This document shows, one piece after another, positions 56,486 through 64,000 of a stretch of DNA of 64,000 nt. Positions within the stretch are counted from its first letter, which is position 1, and every line of letters begins with the position of its first letter. The notes below the pieces were generated by a model. The model had not been told where the DNA came from. It did not search any database and was given only the letters and a program-made list of their open reading frames with translations. Origin of the DNA: an uncultured delta proteobacterium (GTDB lineage Bacteria; Desulfobacterota; Binatia; UBA9968); contig CAVWLW010000044.1 of the NCBI GenBank assembly GCA_963755715.1, positions 48,050 to 112,049 of the forward strand, given 5' to 3'. The translations under genes and the position numbers were made by a program.

Positions 56486-56743
56486 TTAAGAAGAGCTGTT
56501 ACCATCGACTTGCTGTACTAGCCTTCGTAACTTTGCGCGCTCTCTAAGAAGCAGCTGATACTCTTTGTCCCGCCTCATCCCCAGCAGAAGCCACGATTTA
56601 AATACTTTTCGACGGCACGGCTCCGAACAAAAAACGCCACGGCGATGGCCGTTTTTCTCCCCCTCTACGATCCGCCACAAGGGCACTGTGAATGCGAGCT
56701 TACACCACAGACATCGACAATTTATGATTTGCTTGCGCTTCAC
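56486..56743 (-). CDS. small basic Cys-motif (putative Zn-binding) protein
   Basis: CLWC ... FCSEPC; GTGA overlap with the upstream stop. Confidence 0.55.
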   Translation of the reverse strand: MKRKQIINCRCLWCKLAFTVPLWRIVEGEKNGHRRGVFCSEPCRRKVFKSWLLLGMRRDKEYQLLLRERAKLRRLVQQVDGNSSS

Positions 56744-57384
56744 GAATCATCCTGCGAGGGCGTTTCTATGCAAAGGTACTCGGTATATGGTGACAATCCG
56801 ACGTTGTTAGCGGCCGCAATGCGGTAGCAATAGGTATGACTTCTTTTCAAATCTTGATCGGTGAAGGAAGTTTGATCCGCTGCCAATACTATACCCATCT
56901 CCATTATATCCACCCCCATCGGATTAATCAGTCGACGTTCAAGAAAGTACTGGGTTTCATCCGGCACATCTTCCCAAGCAATACCGATCGATCCCGTGGA
57001 AACGAATATCGTGCGCAGTCCGGCGGGCGTGCTCGGGGCGCTCAACGCCGGTAGCGCTGGGACCTGCGGAAGTGTCTTACAGGCGATATTGCTGTCGGCA
57101 GAGTCTGCAGCCGCGTTGAACGCAAAAACCCGAAAACAAAACATGTCACCGTAATACCCGCTGAGCGTGAGTCTATACTGCGTTATATTAGGGCCGACTG
57201 TGCCTATCTCGGTAAAATCGCCGCCCGTCGGCGACAGCATCTCTATGCTAAATCCATCCTCGTTATTTGAGTTATCTTGCCACGTTAATGTGGCGGACGA
57301 TTGGACTTGCGCTGAAAACGTTGGCGCGGCAACAATGCCGCCGCAGAGAATAAAGATACAAGGCACACACACAAAAATTTTCAT
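56740..57384 (-). CDS. secreted protein with two fibronectin type III domains
   Basis: Signal peptide; LTWQDNSNNEDGF..FCFRVFAFN; AWED..YCYRIAA.N..G.S. Confidence 0.85.
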   Translation of the reverse strand: MKIFVCVPCIFILCGGIVAAPTFSAQVQSSATLTWQDNSNNEDGFSIEMLSPTGGDFTEIGTVGPNITQYRLTLSGYYGDMFCFRVFAFNAAADSADSNIACKTLPQVPALPALSAPSTPAGLRTIFVSTGSIGIAWEDVPDETQYFLERRLINPMGVDIMEMGIVLAADQTSFTDQDLKRSHTYCYRIAAANNVGLSPYTEYLCIETPSQDDS

Positions 57385-57432
57385 GGGGTGACTCTCGATC
57401 GAGGCAGACTTTGTAAATTGCAGCCACTCCAA

Positions 57433-57447
57433 GCAATGTCTGTACCA
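57433..57447 (-). promoter_or_regulatory. sigma-54 -24/-12 promoter
   Basis: TGGTAC-AGACA-TTGC(T); TTTACA/TGTCAA half-sites at 57504-57516. Confidence 0.7.
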
Positions 57448-58155
57448 TTTGGTCAGCTAAAAGCCGCTTCATGCGACATCGTCGCTTTAAAAAACTTATT
57501 TCTTTTACATTGTCAAAGCTTTCAGCAAATGTATTTAATTTTATTGTAGCGACGGTTGCACGACCAGCGTTTGTCCGTGACCCAAAAATCGTGAAAACTG
57601 TAGATTAATGGATGCACTTCCCGCGCAGGGAAAGACAGACACCGACGATGATAAAAGTTTCTTGAGCTCTCTCGCTGTAGTTATTGCCCCGGGGCTTACA
57701 CGCTCATATTTCGGACGACGGCCACTCCGTCCATAAAGCTTTCAGTCGGTTCGGTTCTGCAACGATCCCCCAGTACACCAATTCTGCTTGTTAAAATAAA
57801 TTTATATTTGCTCGAGCAAACGATGAATCGTGTCTACGCAAAGACTAGACGGGCAAAGTAGAATCTGTGCCTGGTTTGTTCCCAAGAATAGAGTTTCTAG
57901 ACGTTCGATCATCCCGTAGGTTGGCTCAACCGCCTTTCGCGTTTTTTCATTATTCCCGATCACACATTCTGAGTGGCCCATGACCATCTCGGGATCAGGT
58001 TTACTGGCAAGACGTCAGTGAGCCGTCAACATGCACGTGCAACAGATGTCCGCCAACCTGTCAATGAGCGAATTTGCTGTTTACAAAATTGTAAGGCGTC
58101 AAGAAAGGAGCTTTAGGACTGCGGTAATAAGTTCCTTAAACTTCCAAGTTTTCTG

Positions 58156-58170
58156 TGGCACGTCGCTTGC
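58156..58170 (+). promoter_or_regulatory. sigma-54 -24/-12 promoter
   Basis: TGGCAC-GTCGC-TTGC; TTTACAAAATTGTAAG at 58080-58095. Confidence 0.8.
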
Positions 58171-58182
58171 GCTAGCTCGGGT

Positions 58183-58281
58183 CAGCTCGAAAAGGGGTAA
58201 ACCAACCGAAAGGTTGGGACACAAAGCTACTGGCCTACAGCCTGAGAAATCAGGCTACGGCAGCAGGGTTGCGCAACGAGC
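58183..58281 (+). ncRNA. c-di-GMP-I (GEMM-I) riboswitch aptamer
   Basis: GGGGUAAACCAACC-GAAA-GGUUGGGACACAAAGCUACUGGCCUA..ACGGCAGCAGGGUUGC; P2 with GAAA tetraloop, GU/AC covariation, P1 GCUCG/CGAGC. Confidence 0.9.
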
Positions 58282-58310
58282 ACAGTGCCTTCCGGAGGCT
58301 GTGACTTTTT
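58281..58310 (+). terminator. riboswitch expression-platform hairpin
   Basis: CACA-GT-GCCT-TCCGG-AGGC-TGTG then ACTTTTT, 18 nt before the ATG. Confidence 0.55.
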
Positions 58311-58328
58311 GCAACCAACGGAGGGTAC

Positions 58329-60508
58329 ATGAATTCTACTTCCGGTCTCAGCCGCATTTTCTTTTTACTCTGCGTCTTTACGACGATCACTTGGCAGAGC
58401 GCAGCGATGGCCGCGCAGCTGCAATTAACCTGGAGCGACAATTCCACCGACGAAACCGGTTTCAAGGTCCAACGCAAGACCGGCACCACAGGCACTTATG
58501 CTGATATCGCTTCAGTGGGAGCCAATGTTACTTCCTATACGGACGCAAGCTTGATGAATGCCACCACATACTGTTTTCGTGTGAATGCGTTCAATGCCAA
58601 CGGTAATTCGCCATACAGCCCTGAGGCTTGCGGGACAACGGCGTCAACGATACAAACGTTCTCCCTATCAGTAGCCAAAAACGGAACAGGAACTGGAACC
58701 GTGAGTAACTCTTCCGCAGGCATCAACTGCGGCAGCACCTGCTCGGGAACTTTTAACAGCGGCACCGTTATCGCTTTAGCGGCGACCGCCGCAGCCGGAT
58801 CAGTCTTTGCCGGCTGGACTGGGGACAGTGATTGCAGCGACGGCTCACTCACCATGAACGCGAGCAAATCCTGCACCGCCACATTCAATCTTCAGCCCGC
58901 TACAGCGAACACCGTCTCTACCAATATCGCCAATAACGCAGTATTAAGTGGCTCGTCCGTGATCTGGACAGCGACTGCTACTGGGTCGCCGGTCCGGGTC
59001 GAGTTTCTTATTGATGGCGCGCTTTCCTGGACGGAGTTGAGCGTCACCTTATCAATTCAATGGCGATCCCTCGGGCCTTTTGAATACGACAACCCTTACC
59101 AATAGTTCTCATCAGTTAAAGGTCCGCGCAGTCTATGCGGATAATTCGACAGCCGAACGAACCGTAACCGTGACAGTTTCAAACACGTCGACTCAGCAAT
59201 ACGCACTTAGCATTAGCGTGGTAAAAACCATCACCAGCGGCGGGACAGGTAACGGAACGGTCACCAGCAGTCCCGCAGGTATCAACTGCGGCAGCAGTTG
59301 CTCGTCATCCTATAATAGCGGCACTTCAGTTACCTTGACCGCCACGCCCGCCACAGGCTCCACCTTCGCTGGTTGGAGTGGCACCGGTTGCACAACCGGC
59401 TCAGTTACTATGAACGCCAGCAAGACCTGTACAGCGACCTTTAATCCACAAGCTCCGCAGACCTTGACTCTTTCAATCACGAAAGCAGGCACGGGCAGTG
59501 GAACGGTGACCAGCATTCCGGCGGGCATCAATTGTGGCAGCACCTGCTCGGGTTCTTATAATAGCGGAACTGCGATCGCTTTAACTGCCACAGCGGAAAC
59601 CGGATCGACTTTCGCCGGCTGGAGCGGCACCGGTTGCGCCAGCGGTACGGTCACTATAAATGCTAATACGAGCTGCACGGCGACGTTCGAATCCGCAGTC
59701 AATCAGCTCCAAAGCCGGATCGGTGTCTTTCGCCCAAGCACCGGAGAGTGGTTTTTGGACGATAATGGCAATGGCCAATGGAACGACAGGTGTTGACCTT
59801 CATATCACTTCATTCGGCCAAAAGGGCGATTTTCCAGTGGTCGGAAGCTGGAGTGGAATCGGGGTTAGTAACATCGGCACCTTCACCCCCGCGACCGGCA
59901 CATGGCAGCTCGACACCAATGGAGACGGAGTCTTGAATTGCGCGGTCGATACGTGCGTAAACTCCTTCGGCCAGTCTGGGGATTTACCGGTAACGCGGGA
60001 ATTATCTGGTCTCGGTGGCAGCATCATCGGAACGTTCACGCCGCAGACCACCGTGATGATCAATGGGCGAAAAGTCGTCAAGCGAGGTCTCTGGAACTTT
60101 GATATTAATGGGAACAGCAAGTTCGATGGTTGTTCAGTCGATGAATGCAATAGCTTTGGTGATGTCGATGAACTACCCGTGATTGGCAATTGGAATAACA
60201 CCGGAATAGAAGAAATCGGACTCTTCCTTTCAGCCAAAGGACAGTGGTATTTGGACAGCAATGGAAATGGAAAGTGGGACGGCTGCAACGTTGACAAATG
60301 TCTCGGACGGTTTGGGACCAAGGGAGACTTCCCTGTAGTTGGGGACTGGGACAATACGGGTAAAATAAAGATCGGGGTCTTCCGTCCAAGCACCGGAATG
60401 TGGTATCTCGACATGAACGGAAACGGCAAATTGGATAGCTGCACAGTCGATGCGTGCTTAGGTCCCTTCGGCCAGCCGGGTGATCTGCCGGTGGTAGGAA
60501 AATGGTAA
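58329..60508 (+). CDS. secreted multidomain surface protein: Fn3 + three Cys-containing InlB-B/Flg_new_2-like repeats + Ig-like + C-terminal GDW/FG-GAP-like repeat domain (frameshifts near 59045 and 59790)
   Basis: Three ORFs chain together; GTGTV.S.PAGINCG..C repeats; IGVFRPSTG.W.LD.NG.G and GD.PVVG.W repeats. Confidence 0.8.
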
Positions 60509-60646
60509 TTTGCTGCTCTTCGGGCAAACAAAATGTTGTGTCAGGTGATTCGGTTTCTTGCGATAGGCACAATGAAAGGGTTGCACAAGATCAATAGATT
60601 CGCTGAGGTGGGCTCCATAGCAAAATTATGTTGGTTAGGAGAGAAA

Positions 60647-63198
60647 ATGATCATGATAAATTTATCACCAACAAGAATGATTAATATGATGAAGAAGCTC
60701 GCCTCACCCGTATCAAAGGCCTGCTGGTCTGAACGGGAAGAACGTACGGTCCTTAGGAATCAATTACTGTGGACAAGAATAGCGAAAAGCATACGCCGTC
60801 TGGCGATTGCTTTGATTTTGTTGTCTCCATTGACAGTTGTGGATGTGTCTTACGCCGCTGGGCTGGTATCTTTGATGACTTTGAGTACGGTACGACAAAT
60901 AAATGGGAGCAAGATAGCCCTCACAACAAATGTCCGGTTGTCACATCGGCGACCGACGGAGGACTAGGGCCACGCACTCCGGTGCGAACATGGCAGGCGG
61001 TTCCGGCAATTGGGGTGGCGACTACGAGTCGCTAGTTATCAACTCGATTCCTTACACAAACGAAATATTCTATCGAGCGTGGTCACACATCGACAGGAAT
61101 GTCGAAAGGACCGACGGGTCTCCCTAAAGATGCTCCGAATCTTCTTCTGGAGCGGGGATCAGAGTACGTATAGGGATATGTTTGAGGATACTACCAGTAC
61201 ACTAGGATTGAGTAATCGTGGTAATGCCGGAAATGTTACGCTTCCCACCTATTGGGGCGAGGCTCAAGGGGATACTTCTGGGTCTATCACTCAATGGCAC
61301 AAAGTAGAGTATTATTTCAATCACGCAACGGGAAAATCCGGGTCTGGCACGACGGCCAAATGGTTCGCAATAACACGGTGAGTTTCAACGGTCAAAAGTG
61401 GCTGCCATTTTCTTGGCTCAGACTGGTCCGATGCGCACGATGCACGAATCATGTGTATTTCGACAACATTGAGATCTATTCAGACACTGGGACCGGAGCG
61501 ACTGGGTCCAGATATCTGACACTAGCGGTATTATCCAAGGAGGCACTCCATCCCCTCCAAATCCTCCATCAAACCTAACTATCAGTATGAACAAAGCCGG
61601 CACGGGCAGCGGTACCGTGACCAGTTCTCCCTCGGGCATATTAACTGCGGTGCAACCTGCTCGGGTACTTTCAGCAGCGGCACGTCCGTCGTTTTGACCG
61701 CTACGGCCGCATCCGGCTCAACCTTCGCCGGCTGGTCCGGCACCGGCTGCACCACTGGAACTGTTTCGCTGAGCGCCGACACTTCTTGTACCGCAACCTT
61801 CAACACTCAAGCCGCGTCAACCTTACGCTCGCTGGCCAAAGCCGGCGCCGGCAGCGGTACCGTAACCAGTTCTCCCGTCGGGCATTAACTGCGGCTCAAC
61901 CTGCTCAGGTACTTATAATAGCGGTACCTCGGTCGTGTTGACCGCTACGGCAGCATCCGGCTCAACCTTCGCTAGTTGGTCCGGCACCGGCTGCACCACA
62001 GGTACCGTGAGCTTAACCGCTAATCGAGCTTGCACCGCGACCTTCAATACCCAACCCGTGTCAACCTTCTCGCTCACTATGGCCAAAGGCGGCACCGGCA
62101 GCGGTACTGTGGGCTCAGTTCTCCCTCGGGCATTAACTGTGGCGCGACCTGCTCAGGTACTTTCAACGGCGGCACGTCCATCGCTTTGACCGCTACACCC
62201 GCGGCTGGCTCAACCTTCGCCGCCTGGTCCGGCACCGGCTGCACCACTGGCACCGTTTCACTGAACGCCAACACGTCTTGTACTGCAACCTTCAATACCC
62301 AACCACCTCCACCGGGGAATATCGCACGCAACGAGTGCGCGAATCCTCCTCCCGGAACAATCTTCTGCGCGGATTTCGAAGGCACAAACCCTAAGGCCAG
62401 TTTTGATGACTACGACGGCAACCTTGATACCGAGAACCCGGTGCTCGCGGATACCGGACCGGCCAATGATGGCTTAAACAAGGTCGTTCGATTCCGCGCC
62501 CCTGCCGGCCAAAGTGGCGGCGCTGACCTCGTGAAGGTATTGTCCAGCAGCTATGACAAGCTTTATGCCCGCTGGTATCTCAAATACGAACCAGGCTTCA
62601 ATTTTAGCGCGCCCAATCATGGCGGCGGGTTAGCAGCGGGGATCGAAATTTTATCGGTACATCAGGAAATCGGCCAAGCGGGAGTGATTTCGCGGGGTTT
62701 TACGTACAGTATCAAACTAATACGGCCTTACCATTTGCGTATAGCTATTACAGAGGAATGTACGAAGATTGCGGCGCGCAAGGCAGTTCCTGGGGCGATT
62801 CATTGCCATGCGTGTACGATACGGGTGCAGGCTATTGCACAAAGCCCCAGGACCGACCGTCAGTGCCTTTACCCACTTTCCAAGCGGGACAATGGTACTG
62901 CGTCGAACAAATGGTGGATATGGGAACTCCAACCTCCACAGCCACATCCGCGAACGGCCGTTTAACACTCTGGCTGGACAGCCTGCAATATGGTGATTTT
63001 CCAAATCTATGGATAAGGACAGCGGCGTCGCTAAAGCTCCAATCCTTGTGGCTGACCCTGTTTCAGCTCGACGGAACGCACTCGACTGTTGGCGAGCTAA
63101 TTGACAATGTAGTTGTGTCAACTCAACGCATAGGTTGCGGTGGAACGACGCAACTGGCACTACCCGCCGCGCCAACGGGTTTACAGCTAATCCCCTGA
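60647..63198 (+). CDS. large secreted protein: beta-jelly-roll-like domain + three Flg_new_2-like repeats + polysaccharide lyase/Cip1-like domain (many frameshifts; possibly a pseudogene)
   Basis: Fragments across frames: signal ..VSYAA, FDDFEYG, WHKVEYY..IRVW.DG, YFDNIEIY, three GSGTVTS.P.GINCG repeats, FCADFE, YARWYLKY, WYCVE, DNVVVSTQRIGC; start uncertain. Confidence 0.6.
61590..62300 (+). repeat. three tandem ~240-nt coding repeats
   Basis: Near-identical GGCAGCGGTACCGT..GGCATTAACTG..GGCTCAACCTTCGC..TCCGGCACCGGCTGCACCAC..ACCTTCAA units. Confidence 0.85.
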
Positions 63199-63413
63199 GG
63201 AAGTTCTGCGATGTTGTTCCGTTGCTTATCCATGGAGAATTATGGACACCAGACATAGGTTGTCTCGATGTGGCAGTGAGTATTTTGAAACCTTTTGCGT
63301 CCGACTCGCGGGAGGACTTAGCTCGGCAACGAATTGAAATGATATACCGACGAGGACAAAATCAAGATTTGACCAGGTTTTGCCATTGCAAATAAGCTCG
63401 ATGAAAGATCATG

Positions 63414-64000
63414 TTAGGCGATTCGGGCAACCTCGTAACCGAGCGATCCAAGAAAATTACAAACTTCATTGTCATTCATCTCAACAATTAATATGGGGCG
63501 ATCCCGCAGCAAGGTTTTCCGCATTCCATTGAGGACCAACAATTCGTGCCCCTCAGCATCAATCTTGATTAAGCTGAGAGTCGCGGAGGATGCGAAGCGC
63601 GTCAACGTCGATTGTAAAGACTCGCAACTCACTGTCTGCGGGTTTTGTTATGTGCGCCTGATAGTAGTTTCTCTGATCGATATCCGAATAACGAGGTATG
63701 GTCATTCCCACCACGCCCGTTGTCCTCGAGACAGCTGCATTGATCAGCGTGACGTTACTAAAATGACAACGCTCAACATTGTTCGCTAACAGCGCAAAGG
63801 TTTCCGGAATTGGTTCAAACGCAATCACACGGCCTCTGCTCCATCAACTCGGCAGCGCTTTGTGTAGAATCCAACATTGGCGCCGATATCAACTGACCCA
63901 ATCTCCGTACGCAATTAATTTAGATAATATCGAAAATCAGGCTCAGTCGAAACAAAAGTGCCCCGATTAATTTTTCTGCCAAAGTGAACCCGTTTCAATT
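63414..64000 (-). pseudogene. FkbM family methyltransferase, frameshifted, runs off the window
   Basis: DIGANVGFYT, VIAFEPIPETF, IKIDAEGHEL.VL.G, RP.LIVE spread over three frames. Confidence 0.75.

Noticed and set aside
60510-60640. Second cyclic-dinucleotide riboswitch or sigma-54 promoter before the second surface protein
   Set aside because: GGGCAAAC is not followed by the P2/GACGCAAAGC core, and the AGGCAC..TTGC spacing is 10 nt rather than 5.

Overview
Bacterial chromosomal window. The many SsuA/THI5-type ABC binding proteins, amidohydrolases and polysaccharide-deacetylase-like genes suggest Candidatus Binatia or a related lineage (inference only). Bases 1-50.5 kb are GC-rich metabolic and transport genes: gltBD with an Lrp regulator, NitT/TauT ABC operons, PhoD, a VapBC pair and many periodic REP-like hairpins. 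From about 50.9 kb the sequence is more AT-rich and forms a PEP-CTERM/exopolysaccharide-type surface island with four sigma-54 promoter motifs. The best candidate for an undescribed system is a sigma-54-preceded operon of PqqD/RRE, a 58-aa peptide missing from the ORF track (twin-Arg plus a YxxP leader motif and a Ser/Gly + Lys/Asp tail), an HPr-kinase-like kinase and a decayed nucleotidyltransferase. This looks like a cyclase-less RiPP-like peptide-modification system. The island also holds a minimal PEP-CTERM protein and a sigma-54 promoter followed by a c-di-GMP-I riboswitch upstream of large repeat-rich secreted proteins. Many single frameshifts look like sequencing indels. A few genes also carry in-frame stops and deletions and appear to be true pseudogenes. 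All assignments come from reading the sequence; no searches were run.
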